From Takakia lepidozioides (taxonomy: Eukaryota > Plantae > Bryophyta): a stretch of DNA of 64,000 nucleotides. Below the pieces are notes generated by a model, which ran no database searches, had not been told where the DNA came from, and saw nothing but the letters and a program-made list of their open reading frames with translations. The position numbers and the translations under genes are program-made. The DNA lies in assembly GCA_030704615.1 (NCBI GenBank), contig CM060733.1:39308001-39372000 (forward strand), given 5' to 3'. Of this stretch, positions 37,537 through 51,230 are shown in pieces. Every line of letters begins with the position of its first letter. The stretch's first letter is position 1.

Positions 37537-38399
37537 TTCAAAGGTAGGTGGCACCTGGATTGTCTGTGGCCCTGCCCGTGTCGCTCTCTATGATCTCTCT
37601 CTCACAACAAGTCGGTTGAAAGCTGGTGACGTCCTTTCCAGAAAAACCTCGTGTCCAAGCTCCCTCTACAGGTCAGATCAAACTGATGCCTTTGAATTGA
37701 TCAAGACGCAAAGCAGGCTCAGAAACTCCGAACGATCTGAGGTCCGTAAAAGACCAGATAGAAGTAAGAGAAAGAAACCATGACTTGCCGTGCTATCTTC
37801 AGCGCCTACGTTCCCATATGCACGACCTCATGAGCTAGAGATTCTGCAGCCGAATCTCTTGTGTGTTCTCAAACAGTACTCCTCAGCTTCATTAATCTCA
37901 GAGTCACGGACATCAATGGCAGGCCAATCTTCCAAGGGATCCAATACCGGAGATCCTCGCTGCTCAAGTCACACTGCTTGCGGTCCCAAAATCTAGTGGA
38001 CGATCCCATCTCAATCTACAGTATCTTACAATCTCCATCACTTCGGACCTGTCGACCTCCACACCTCGAAATCACATGCAGCTGTATTGGTCCGGTCTCA
38101 GAATGCGTCATTTTTTTTCCCCGGAATCCAAGTGTCTATACATTCTGTGTAGCCATTACTTGAATATTCTTTGGCCTAACGGATTGCAGCATGTCGTCCT
38201 ACTCTTCTAGACTGCTATTACGTTGACGTCCCTCCGGACATGCCCAATTTCAACCCCTTGCAGAGCTTCACAAAAAGAAAATGTGGAAGATGCAACCCCG
38301 AAAGTGCCAAGAGCTTTAATTTGTCACATATAAAAGGTCCTCAAATCTACTTACGAGACCGTCCACCTGAGATAATCTTCGCCATCTTCAGGAAAGTCA

Positions 38400-39083
38400 C
38401 AGCTGCTGCAGATTGGAGTACCACGTCCATAATATCGGAGTGTCACGGATACAACTTCTGCTTCGAAACCAGGTCCTTCCTTATGACACCTAAACAACCA
38501 GAAATCAGCTTCTGCAGATTGGATTACCATGTCCATAAAATCGGAATGTCACGGATGCAGCTTCTGCTTCGAAACCAGGTCCTTCCTTATGACACCTAAA
38601 CAAACGAAATCAGCTGCTGCAGATTGGAGTACCATATCCACAAAATCGGAATGTCACGGATACAACCTCCGCTTCGAAACCAGGCCCTTCCTTATGACAC
38701 CTACACAAACGAAATCAGCTGCTGCAGATTGGAGTACGTACCATGTCCACAAAATCGGAATGTCACGGATACAAGTTCTGCTTCGTAACCAGGTCCTTCC
38801 TTATGACACCTAACCAAACGAAATCAGCTGCTGCAGATTGGAGTACCATGTCCATAAAATCGGAAGGTCACGGATACAACTTCTGCTTCGAAACCAGGTC
38901 CTTTCTTATGACACCTAAACAAACGAAATCAGCTGCTGCAGAGGAGTACCATGTCCATAAAATCGGAATGTCACGGATACACCCCCCCAGGCCGAGGTTC
39001 AAGGCAGCGAGCTTCATGACGGAAAACTGCCACGTATGGTTTTGAGGGCAGCACCTTCTGCTTCGAAACCAGGTCCTTCCTTG
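38400..39083 (+). repeat. Tandem array of about 5.5 copies of a 105-bp unit plus a detached partial copy
   Basis: The unit agctgctgcagattggagtaccatgtccataaaatcggaatgtcacggatacaacttctgcttcgaaaccaggtccttccttatgacacctaaacaaacgaaatc starts at ~38401, 38507, 38612, 38717, 38826 and 38931. Confidence 0.95.
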
Positions 39084-39411
39084 AACAACCGAAATCGAGG
39101 GACACCAAAGGTCCCGAGAAGGCAAGTCCTGGATTTGAGCCACAATTGTCTCTGCTATAAAGCAAAGAAAACGCAGACAATCCAGACATGCATGTCTCTG
39201 ACAGCGGCGGACTGATGCTGCACACGATCTCTGCAATCTGTCCAACGCGCACACCTCACCGCTTCGTCTTCACTGGACCCACACTACTTAGCGGCCAACC
39301 GACCTTGTTAGTGACTCTGTTTGCACTAATCCTTCTTTGTTTTTTTTTTTTTTTTATCACCAACAGGGATGAGAGGCCCTGGAAATTTAGTGACTCCGTT
39401 TCTACTAATCC

Positions 39412-39926
39412 GCCTCAGAATTTTGTGTGGCCTCGTCGTAATGAGGCCGCAGGGTGCAGAGGGGACAGGGACCTGACAGCGGCCCCGCTACATTAAAACG
39501 ATCCCTTTTCCCCTGTTTCTCTTATATATCGAAAAAACGTCAAATTTTTGGCATGGCGGAGGGTGTGGTCATCGCCGGTAGGTCGATGGCGATGTGGCGA
39601 TGCAGGTCTTAGGTTCCATTCCTTGAACGCAGTTCCGGCGATTGGCGCTCATTCCTTGAACGTAGTTCCGGTGATTGGTGCTTACTGTAACTACCTCCTC
39701 GGAGGTGGTATGCAACTACTCTCATGCAGGTAGTTCAGCTTGGTTTTGCAACTACCTTCATGTAGAAAATCCTAAAACTACCTGCATGGAGGTAGTTATA
39801 AAATTCATATGCCAAAAAAATTCGAAGTCCTTGACGCATGAAGGTAGTTTGCTCCTATATTAATGAGACGGCCTGACGGTCGTCTGACCAGCCTCATAAC
39901 GACGAGGCCACACAAAATTCTGAGCC
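39412..39926. mobile_element. Non-autonomous Mutator-like MITE (515 bp)
   Basis: 36-bp TIRs (gcctcagaattttgtgtggcctcgtcgtaatgaggc and its reverse complement at 39891-39926, 2 mismatches), flanked by a perfect 9-bp TSD tactaatcc (39403-39411 and 39927-39935). Confidence 0.88.
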
Positions 39927-40553
39927 TACTAATCCTGTGTGGATGCCATCGTATTAGTGACTCCGTTTAACTCAACTGATCATATTAGTAACAGAGTTAG
40001 TTAGTGCTGGTGTTGAATGTTGTTCCCACAACGGGAGCGTTTCAGGGAACATGATCACGAATGAATGGATTTTTATTAATTTTAGGATAATATAGAAATT
40101 GATTAATGGAACTGTTGGCTATCGTCGGTAGCAGTGACCAGTTGTAGCCAGTAAAGTTCCCTAGTTTTACCTTATATTACTTTGATCGCGGTAGTTTGTG
40201 GTGGTGGAACTGAGCAGCCGGAGTAGTTTTACTTGGCACCGGTCTCTCTTCTCTTTCCCTCTCTTGTTCCTCGATTCTGTGTTGAATAGTTTGTATGGGA
40301 AGGATTTTTCTGTGCAATGTGCATTATTCTAAGCATCAACAGATGTATCAAGTGGACTCTGAATTATCCGGTACAATCTCTCGGTCTCTTTTCTGAACAT
40401 TTTTCTGAAAGATTCTGTCACTAGGTGCAGATTCTGTGCATGATGGGCTGTGCAACAGCATTGTTGCTGTGAAGAGGGCACCGAGACGTGCTGAATCCTT
40501 CGGTCTCATTTCTTTTCTCTTTATAGATACATTTTCGGTGGTCGTGATTAGCG

Positions 40554-43500
40554 ATGGCAGATGAGGAGGTGAAGACATTGTTCCTGTCAGGACTGCCGGA
40601 TGACATCAAGGAGAGGGAGATCTACAACTTGTTTCGAATGTTTGCTGGCTATGAATCTTGCCAACTTAAGTACTCCGGACGTGGCTACCAGGTATCCGTC
40701 TATTGTCTTCAATTAGATTAGTTGTAAGAGGAGGAAGGAAATGCAAGGAAGGGAACATGGTTGGGAAGCAGAGTTCAGTTGTTTGTTGTACAATGGACGT
40801 TTGATTTTTTTGTCTTGATGGCAGGAATGGCACTGTGAGGGACAGAATGAGGGGCCGAAACTGTCGGGTCGACTCGTCAATGTGTGAGGGAGAATTGGGG
40901 GAAGGATGAAGAAGGGTTTGTTGGACGCCGAAATGAGGGCCAAAACCGCGTCTTTCCCTCGTTTTAGCCCCCAGGTGAGTGAGAAGGTAGTGGGAAGAGT
41001 GGGAGAATCGGCTCACTCAGGTTTCTGGTTGGTTGTGGGAGGGTGACTTCATGGGCTCCCCAACATGGGAGGTTTTCTACAGAGGTCTCTTGGGAGGCTG
41101 TGGGGGTGAAGGGCAGGGTTTCAGAAACATTCGAAGATTGAAGTACGTGCCCATCCCAAAATCCTTCAGATTACTGGAGGAAGCGTCTTAATGCAGCCGC
41201 GAAATGGACTTTTGATACATTAGGGCATAAAAGAGTGACAAGAGCTTCAGGAAGACCATTCTGCCTGTAGCAAAAAGTGCAAGATCACCCATGAACATTC
41301 AACTGCCCTTTATTCAGAACAAGTGGACCGTCTCCTAGAGCGGTTTAGCAGTCACCCAGGGGGGGTCTGGGCTTCTTCTTCGTTGTGTATCAGGACTACT
41401 TTGTAGCCATGGTGATTGATTGCCCCAAGAGGCCCACAGTATGTGATTTTATCCGAACCGATATGCTATGAACTTTGGTCCAGAATCTTCTTGGTAAACT
41501 ACCACCCGGCTGCCGTAACTTCTTTGAACAATCAGGATCCAAAATATCAGTCTGTTTATGATGGGTGAAATGGTATAGTGTTGCATAGAAGGAACCGGGA
41601 ATTGGTTCGGCAGTGATTACAGAACATCGTGCTTCCTCAGGAGAAGTGCATCAAGAAGAACAAGGAAATTGTTCAGGTGAAAAGTAAAAACACCTGCGAT
41701 ACGCACAGATCATAATTACAAGTCTTTCCATGGTATAGTGCAGTTCCCCCCCTTTTGATAGTCTGAGTTTAGATGGGACTACAATGTCCAGTGAGAGTCT
41801 TAGTGTCCTCAGTGAAGTTAAGAACCACTGATTTTATAATCGTCAATTATGATCCATCCATGTTCTTCAGTATGAAATCTTGGCTGGAATGAAGATGTGG
41901 GTTGAACGTATTCCTGATGATGAGTTTCTTGCATGTGTCAGGGCAGATTGTAGCATTTGCTGTGTTCACAGACCAGGCATCTGCTCTGAAGGCAAAGGAG
42001 GCTCTCAATGTACAAGCCCCTTGGACCCTATACACGATTGTGTCATTAGCAATGGATACTGTGGATAAATACTCTTTTTATAGTGGGAAGGATCCCACCA
42101 GATGTACATTGCAACTGTGTGATTGTATGAAGTGTGTTGTGAGATATGGATTCAGGGTACTGACCTCTCCAACCACTCCGCTTTAAGGGTTTCAGGAGGC
42201 TGCCTCATTGTTTTGCACCTGTTCTTGAAAATGAGCCAAGGCAGCATTCCTGGGCGTGCTGTTACACCCCATTCTGATTTTTTTGGATTTGCCTATTGTA
42301 TATAGAAAAATCAAAGCCATGATGTTACCTGTGTCTCCATATGAGGCAAGGGTGACTGTGGCCTGATCCTGCATTGAGAATATAACGTGTTGAGAAAATC
42401 GTGAGTTAGAGTTGGATTTGCCTATTGTGTAGAGAAAAATCAAAGCTATGATGTTACTACCTGTGTCTCCATATGAGGCAAGGGTGGCTGTGGCCTGATC
42501 CTGCATTGAAAATTCTCTCACTTCTATATGGGCTAACTCCCCAACAACCTAGGGGATGTAGTGACAATACCAGCTTAGTGAGAATATAAAGTGTTTGTCA
42601 GTTAGTTAGAGCAGTTAAAACTTAGTGGAGGCGAAAGATTTTGGGTTTTGTATACATAGTCAGCTCAGAGCTGGTCCTTTTTCATGTATAGCTGGAAATT
42701 CTAAAGTTCAAAGGGAAGGCTACTTTTCTAGGGGAAGCACATGAGTTGAACGCTCAACCTTATTTTCCTCCAGAAATGAACTATGAACAGGGGAGTTGTG
42801 AGCAGAAGTACATTTGATTGCCACATAACCCATCCGTGTTAGAGGGGGCTCACCTTCTGAGAGAACAGACTTTTATGTGCCATTGTTGCTTTTAGGCCAT
42901 GGCTTGCAAAAGTTGCCAAGCTACTCATGTGCCCTTCTTCATTTTAGGTGGTCATGAAGTCAATGAGCTGCACATGCCTTATCTATTGATACACGGTTGC
43001 ATGATTTGCAGGGGATTAAGTTTGATCCACAGACAGGCGCAACTCTTCACATTGAGCTTGCCCGTGCCAATTCCAGAACCAAGCGATCTCGTTCAGGTTT
43101 AGCTCCTACTGCGCTTGTAAGGCCTGGCCAAATAGAGTAACCATGGTAAACTGCACGATGTGGTGTGCAGCAGTCCTACTCGGAATCAAGATGAGTTGTT
43201 CATTTGGACAGGAATTTACTTGTTTTTTATGAAGAATTGAGTAGTAGAAAGGGAGGTTCTTTTTAGAAAGGGGGTGAGATGAACTTGCTCAGAAGTGTCA
43301 TCTTACGCCTGGTGAATGTGAGTCAGGCAGGAATCAAATCCTCTGGTTATTTGACAATTATACCTTGAAAGTGTAACTGCCTTCTCACAATCGCATCCCG
43401 TTTACACAATTATCCTTTAGGCTAGCTGTTCTCATAAACATAAATTCGTCATGAAGCTCTCAAAAGAAAAAGAATGGGAGTGGTCGGGGTGGTGGCCTAA

Positions 43501-46500
43501 TGTCCTTTTGCCAGCACAGTTCAGTTATGGTAATAGTGCTGTAGATGAGAGGTTTGTTTATGTAACGTCTAGAGAAAATTGAAGTTCGGGATCTGTTTCT
43601 GGGAATGCATGCAGACGATGCTGGGCTAGGGGCTCTGGAGAAGAAGTACAGGGGACCTATCGGTGTGCCAGGGGTGTATCCCGATGCAGGTCTGGCCTCT
43701 TTTGCTCTATGATAGTTTATCTTCATGTGCAGGGCCTAGCTCTTGATGGTATGTCACAGTGTGATCACATAAAGAAGTGTCGAAAATGCAAGAATGGTTT
43801 GAACTTTGAACTTACAGTCGTCTGTGTGCTGCGAGTACGAATGAATGTGTATAGCCCTTACAAAAGGCCAGGCTTGGTTCTCAATGTGGGTTTGATTTGT
43901 CACTTTTAAGTTTTCGGGGCCCGCCCATATGGTAGAGGCTATGAATTCAGTTGTCAAGCCACGTATTGTCCTTAACATATTCTTGAGAAAATAGCTGGCT
44001 GAGGTAGTTGTGTCGTTTTAGCCCCAAATTAAATGAAACTCATAGCTCTGTGTACACTGCCAACCACACTCTTAAAGATAGAGAGCAGAATAGACCATGA
44101 AGATATGTCTGCTAATGCCCTATGGGACACCTGCAGTACCGAAACACTGTATCAGAAAACCACAAACGTCTACTGGATACAGAGTGCCTCAGACAGGTAA
44201 GCAGAATGTTACTGGAGCCTTGTAGCTGCTCATCCTGGAAGATACCATGCATACTGCTTAATGGCTCTCACTGACAATGACAACCCGTTTTCTTAAAGTT
44301 TCATTGTACCTGGTTGGGAGTGATATGGTTGCATGGTGATTCTTACTAAAAATGTCACCAGTCAATAACACCACCGCAGCCAATCATACCGCACTGTATT
44401 CCAGAGTTGGTAGTCACGGTTATGAATTGATGACAAACTCTGTTAACACATCATGTGGTTGTGCAACTCGTTGCTCTGGGCTCTGACATTGGAAGGGAAG
44501 AGTGTCTGGGTGGGTGGAATCCAACATGTAAGTGCTAACTTGCTTTGATAATGTCCAGTTATAAGTTTTCGAGCCAAAGGATAGTTGTTATACCTGGATT
44601 ATACTTGTTGGTTGTGTATCTTAACATATATCAGTTCGCCTTAGATGATACTTCCCTGTCAAGGTGCAAACATTACATAGCATAACTATTTCTCTATGGA
44701 TTTTAGTGTCATAAATTACGACATACAACATACTTATCACACACACACAAGTTGGACAAAACTCAAAATTAGAGCTTGAAAAGGTCTTTCGGTACATAGC
44801 GGCATTACCTTGGATGGATAGATATTTGCACGCACAGTCATGCATGATTACGCATACAGGTTTGTAAAGGTGGGCCTGTTATGCATGTGAAATGGGTTTG
44901 TCCCAATGCTTGAAGTGCTCATTGTATATTTTAGTCGTTTTATTCACATACGTACGTACAAGGCAGATATGCCCACGCTTATTGACATAGGGATGGAGTA
45001 GTGTGCATTGTTGCTACCTGTGTGTTCCCATTTTGTTTGATCTCAGTCTGGTATAGCTCTGAGCTGGCGCACCATCACTGGACTGTCAGGACAGAGAGCT
45101 CACATGGCACGTTGGGTGGCGCACTGTTTTTGGGGTCACACACAGGGGTCGGCGGCACTTTGCACATGCCTGGGATGGTGCATCCCTCCGTATACAACGA
45201 CATGACTGGATACACCCCTGCACCGAGGTCATTCTATTGACACACATACACACATACCTTCACTTCCTTGTAGGGGCCTGTGACAGTGACTAGCAATATC
45301 GTAGTGTGACCTGTGGACCGACCACAGTTGGTTATTGATGCCAATGGTTGGTCAGGCTCTCTTTCTAGTAATAATCCTCCTGTGATGGGGCCTTTTGTTG
45401 CCTTTTGGTGTGGTAGCATCCTGGACACGAGCAATTTTCCCTCGGGAGAAATAAAGTGAGCTGATCAATTGTTGGTTCTACTGGGTTGGTCGATGAGTGG
45501 AATGCATTACTGTAGATGGGCTAGTGGATTGTGTGCATGAACTGGGCTGAGTTTGTAGCTGTGTACTCTACGAATTAACCAGTTCAAGTAACTGGGAACC
45601 TTATGAATTGTTCCGATAAATTGGGATTTTTTGCATAGGAATGTGTGTGAAATGTTACTCACATGATCACACTCCAGCCCTCAAAGACTGTATGAACTGC
45701 ACAATGGGTCCACTTTGAGTCGGATTACGGGTGGATGGCCTCCCACTTGGATTGCCCTTGGGAACTCTGTGATCATGATGAATTGGACCATGTAAGTATG
45801 CTATGATCATCAATGATAATAATTGGAATGATGAGCTGTGTTAAAAAGTTGTAGGCTGGATAGCTGTCAACGGCAAATTGGTTGGTAGTTCAGTGATGAG
45901 CAACTGTTGGGATAACCTGGGTGCTGGTAACCTGGTAAAGAAAGACCCCAAGTGCATGAACAGGGTGATTTGTTGAGGCTATCCAAGTCACTGCTGTTCT
46001 TCTTTTGAAGAATATATAGTGGTGACCAAACTTATTTATCAGCAAGAATCAATATTGATCACAGCTTGTCTCCAGGCTGCTAAAGGGATGAGGGTCCTGG
46101 AGTTTCAAAGTGCTTGAAGATTCCACTTTTTGGGAAAGCCGCACCAACCTTTGGCTCAAGATTTGACTTAATAGAGAACACAACCTCAGGGACTAGGGTC
46201 TACACTCCAGTATGAGGCTTACTCCTAGGTTGGTAACATTTGAAGAACTGTTCTAAATGTTGAGTCTTGTGGGTTGCTTATGGCCGCTTTTGCAGTGGTA
46301 GCATGATGGCGCCGCCTTCATATTCTGGACAAGATGGAATACCTGGCCTAATGATGGTTAGTTGGTCTATTCTCTCCTCTTTTGTCTTCATTGAAGTTCC
46401 TCTCTTGCTTCCTCCCACTACACCCTCCTTTGGCACATCAATGAATGATGAGCTGTGTAAAGCATACGAAGACAATGCTGTGGTGCTCTCACTCAGTGGT

Positions 46501-49500
46501 TGGAAAGTGCAGAGAATGGTACCCATCGCACCTTGCTACCGTAAATCCTCCGAGTGGTTTGACGGAGCTGAAGAAGGGTAAGAGAGGGAATGTATGAGAA
46601 CAGAGTGGAGCCTTCCCCCATTAACTGTGCAGAGCCAAAGAAGGAAATAAAGAAATTTTTAATGTCATGAGAGTGGATAAGCCAGAAACCAAATTGAAGT
46701 CAGGCCTGAATCCAAGCACCATGTGGAAGTAAGCTACCAAGCAAGAGTGAGACAGAGAACATATTGATTCAATTTACCCTGTGAACATTGGCTATGACAC
46801 ACCCTTAAGAGCATGGCGCCACGAGATATTGCAGGGTTTCAGCCCACCAGGGAATTTTAGACCCACCCATCATTTGCCCATAGGTGGCAAAAAGTCAGTC
46901 ACTGGTAATTGCAAGTCACATACGTGTTGGTAGTCACAGGATGAGGTTGATAGCATTGAGCTTTCAAAAGTTGTGACACATGGCTGTAGTGGCACTGCCA
47001 GTGACAGTGTTGGCAGAAAGGAGAGACTGAAACTTCGATACTGTTCAGAGAGAGAGAGGTATGCCTTTGCCTACCTGGATGAGAGGCAAGTTCCATGGAA
47101 CAGTCCTACATCAGCATAAGATGTCATGTGGTTTTGTGCCTTCACTCCAAAATGTTGGCGTTCTGGTCGAGGTGCAGTGCCCTCACACTTTTCAACCCAA
47201 AACTCTTTTCAGGGCAAACCACCTCCGCCAGTGCCTGGAAGCAATCCGCCATGCTCTACTCTCTTTGTGGCGAATCTGGGGCCTACATGTACCGAAGATG
47301 AACTTACAATATTGCTGTCTAGGCGAGTCCCCCTTCCCTTAACAACAGTTTCTTCTTGCTCTCCCCTTTATGAACAACTTGGCAGCTAAGCCTGATCCGA
47401 CTATATCTGCTCTTCCCTTTCCATTCTGTTCACTCAATTGGGCATGGGATTCAATGCAGCAGCAACGAAACTTGAATTATGAGAATATCTCTCCACCTCA
47501 GTCAAGGCTATGGCTCTCTGAATATTCTCTCTGTGGCTAGCTTTTTCTGTGACATCATTTTGTGTTTTGTCCCTTGACCTCCTTGAGGATGTCAATATTG
47601 GTACAAAACCTATTCCCTGCCTCTCTTTGGTTCTTTGCACTGTCCTCCTCCGTCCTGCATTGTACCAACTGAAAATGGACACAACAGCTGTCTTGCTTTC
47701 TCTCTGCAAGGACCCCTCCATAGACTGGCAGCATGACAGTGGCCAGATTGGGTGCCGCAGTAGCAGTTCTGGAATCTGTGTTGGGTTTTCTAGCATTATT
47801 ATGTCTGTACCAGTTCGGACATTAAACACACAATTGCCTCGTACAAAGTTGTCGTTGGAAGTGTACAGCAACTTTGTGTTGAGGGTGGGCATTGTCCCCG
47901 GGGACTAGCCTATGTCATAGCAATGTTCGCAGGGAATGGTTAATGCTCTCTCTGCACCAAGTCTGTTTGGAATTTTCTTTTTGCTCCAAAGAGCTTCCAG
48001 TGAATGTATTGATATATATATTTTTAATCTTCTGGGTGCTTGTAAGGTCCTTTCCACAGAATGTGTCTCAGTGGGAAAGCCAAGCCTTGAGGTCTCATGG
48101 ATACCACATTGTTGTGCTGCCCTGTGCATGTCCTTGCAGGTTTCCTGGTTACCAAAAAATGAAGTACCAGATAAAGGGTGGACTACCAGTGGCCTTTGTC
48201 GAGTTCCAGGTCCATGTGATGTACATGTCAATTCGCAGCCTAGTGTGGGTGCTGCTAAGAAGGGAGGGCATAATGCAGCTATTTTATCCCAAGGACATTG
48301 TTGAAATGGGGGACCATAGTTTGATTGTCAACTAAAAGATCAAGTCTTCCCCCTCTCTTTCCAACATGATTGGGAATGGGCACAAGGGTACTGCAGGCCA
48401 TAGTCCATCTCTTGGTTTCTCCTCTAAACTGCCGGGTCATTTAGCGACTATCTCATGTTAGTGACATGATACATGCGGGTCTGGGTGCAGGATATAATGT
48501 GCTCCACTCGAGCACTGTCAGATCTCCAGAATTATGTGCTTCCATCATCTGATAGGGAAGGAATGCGCCTTGAGTATCCTCTCTCATGTAGATTGTGTTT
48601 TGTATATTTACTTTGCTAACCTAAATGGTGAGGATGACGAGGAACATGGAACTAAAAGAGGTAGAAGGGCTGCCAGACATTTTGTCTGAGGTGCAAGAAG
48701 GTACTGATCAGCTTTTGCTGACAGATGTTGACTATGAAGTATCTGTGACGGCATAGTTTGAACACTATATCAACCTTATCAGAGCCATGTCTTGGTTCTA
48801 CCCACCAGGGATAGAAACCCAGCTGAAAATCATCGTAGAGACCCAGCTTAGCCACCCTAATAGGGTTACAAGGGAATGGTTTTGATATAAGGTCTAGTCT
48901 CAATGTCACGCTTGAAACAGAATGTTAATTCCACTGTGAAGAGAGGGATAAACTGCTTGATTCACATCAGAGAGTGTTCTTCATCTTTCCCAGGGAAATA
49001 TTGCCTGGGGTATGCTTGAGGACATATTTCCGTGGGATATGAATCAACCGGCACTTGCCATAGGTCACCGGTTGATTGCAGCACTAATGATATAGCACTA
49101 GTGTGGGGCATATGATCACCTGACGAAAAAACAGGGGAAAGGAGGGAGGAAAAAAATTATTACATCCTCAGAAGGCATCATCAAACCAAAAGAAGTTCCC
49201 AGAGGAGAATCTCAGTACCAGAATAAGACTTCCAAGTGATTATGAACTCAGCAAGCTGTCCGAATGAGACAGAATCTTAGCATGAGGTCGTCTGGTGCCT
49301 ATGGAATGGAAGATTTGGGGTGAGATGGTGCACTGAGCCCATGAATCTTCCCAAGACAGTCTAGAGAATAATATCTGCTGAGCAGTCTCTAGATATGTCA
49401 TGTCTGAAGAGGGTTCTTCGCCAGTATGCCAATGAACGCTCTGCCGCTAATCTGAGAAGGTGTACTAAAAATGTGGTACTCATCCCACTTTTGGAGAGAA

Positions 49501-50256
49501 ACCAGCAAACAACACAGAGTGGAAGAGGGAGGTACTTATAAGACTTTGTTTGCCGTAGGCTTGTAGCCATAGACCCCGCGCCCAGTTTGGGTGGAAGAAA
49601 AGGGACCAGAAACTACCTTTTTGAGGGGCTCACTCCGGTAGTATGACTTACCTTGATACAAACAATTAGTTTGGGCTTTCCAGATATCCTCTAGTAAGCC
49701 CTTCACACAAGCATCAATCTGCAGTGTGTGAGTAGACCAAAAGGTTAGGCCAGGGATTTAGGCTCAGCCTCAAGAGAGGAAGAGAGAAAGGACTTTGCAG
49801 GAGGCCCAAAGGGATACAAGTACAAGAACATAGTAGAGCCAGGGAAACCTGAGAACACCTAAGAGCTCAAGCTGTGCAGAGAGGTGTAGTACCTCAGGCA
49901 CATAAGCTGCTAAATGAGCGAGGGATGTATTCGCAGACCAACCTATAAGGTGCCCAGGGCGAAGTCCCCATAGTAGAGCCTTTCTGAGATGATTGGAGTA
50001 CCTCATGCAGATAAGCTGCTAAAAGGGAGGGAGAGGGAGGGAGGGAGGGATCAAACTCAGTCAGAAATTGCTGAAGCACTTGCAGGCAGTGGATGCTGAC
50101 CTGGTACTGCATATATTGATGATCAAACGTGAACAGCCTACTCCAAAGAAGATTGTGAAATCTAGCACTGTTTTGAATGATTGCATCTTGACTCGCAACA
50201 GATATGCGAAAGCAAAGATGGGTCAGCCAAGACGAGATCGATCTGGGCATCTGTAG
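40554..50256 (+). CDS. Two-RRM RNA-binding protein of the NSR/RBPMS/couch-potato family, about 10 exons
   Basis: [28 protein letters not shown]..|[14 protein letters not shown]..|[22 protein letters not shown]; RRM2 [21 protein letters not shown]..|[16 protein letters not shown]|[13 protein letters not shown]|YAKAKMG..* (50254-50256). Confidence 0.9.
42284..42509 (+). repeat. Intronic direct duplication (~95 bp x2)
   Basis: ttggatttgcctattgt...gtggcctgatcctgcattga at 42284 and 42412. Confidence 0.85.
49561..49768 (+). repeat. Dispersed ~200-bp repeat; a second copy (50660-50782 + 58874-58978) is split by the retroelement
   Basis: gccatagacccc..cccagtttgggtggaa...aaacaattagtttgggctttccaga...ttaggctcagc aligns across both flanks of the retroelement. 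Confidence 0.8.
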
Positions 50257-50782
50257 TATAAAGCTTGTGTAAGGCAAATCAAGAAATTGAGGGCCTCAAC
50301 ATACTTGTTTCACAAGGGATCTTGTCATATCATCTCAAAAGGAAGACCTCCATCAGAGTACAGTCAAGAGAGTACAGTTCCACTTGGAAACTGTGTTTAA
50401 AGGGTTATCACTTTCTACTTGAGCCCAGTTTTCTATGCTGAACAGGTTTCCTGTAAATTGGTCTCAAGTCTTCGGTCTTGTCATGATTTCTGCTTGCCGT
50501 TGAGTTACCTTTTGGAAGGCTGTTCTAAGTCAGCTTGGACGTCTTCAATTGAGTTCTGTACTGCCTTCCTGTGCGTATTCCATGAGGGCTTTCTTTGTGT
50601 CTGCTCTTAACAAGAGACAAGCTGACAAGTACAGAGAATGTACAGTAGCCTTGTAGCCTTGTGGCCATAGACCCCACTCCCAGTTTGGGTGGAACAAGAG
50701 GGAACAGACAACAGACACTGCCTTTGTGAGGGCCTCACTCCAGTAAAGGGACTTAACCTTTGATATAAACAGTTGGTTCAGG

Positions 50783-50970
50783 TGTCGTGCGCATACATAT
50801 CGCTACACAACTACATCGCTGTCCAAAACCACACAACACATGTGCACACCACACACTAGTATATCACTAGTCCACCACTAGTCCAGCCACTAGTCCAACC
50901 ATTAGGCTACAACTAGTCAGTTACTAGGCTGTCACTATGCTGCCCACTATGGCAGTCACTAGTCCACACA
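50783..50970 (-). repeat. Putative 3' LTR (188 bp) following the polypurine tract; internal CACTAGT(CC) repeats
   Basis: On the minus strand: PPT, then TG...CA ending at the TSD. No second copy found in the window. Confidence 0.5.
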
Positions 50971-51230
50971 ATCGCCCCCCTAGCTGGTGCTTAGGTCCCT
51001 CTAAGTCCAGGTAGCCACAAGATGTGATAGTGACCATAGCCTCACTAAGTCCTCCACCACTATCCCTACTACACTCAAACTCGATAGATCAAGAGGTCGG
51101 GTGCAAGAATTGCCCCATCGTTAGTCGCCGTCTTGCAACCTGTGAACTTGAGCTTGGGATCTCATGTATTGACTCCTATGAGCTTGGCCTCCCATGTCTT
51201 GTTAGCTGATTCCAGTCATGTCCACTGTCA

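Noticed and set aside
38400-38980. CRISPR array or 35-aa PPR-like coding repeat
   Set aside because: Units are contiguous with no unique spacers, the translation has no PPR signature, indels break the frame, and the context is eukaryotic.
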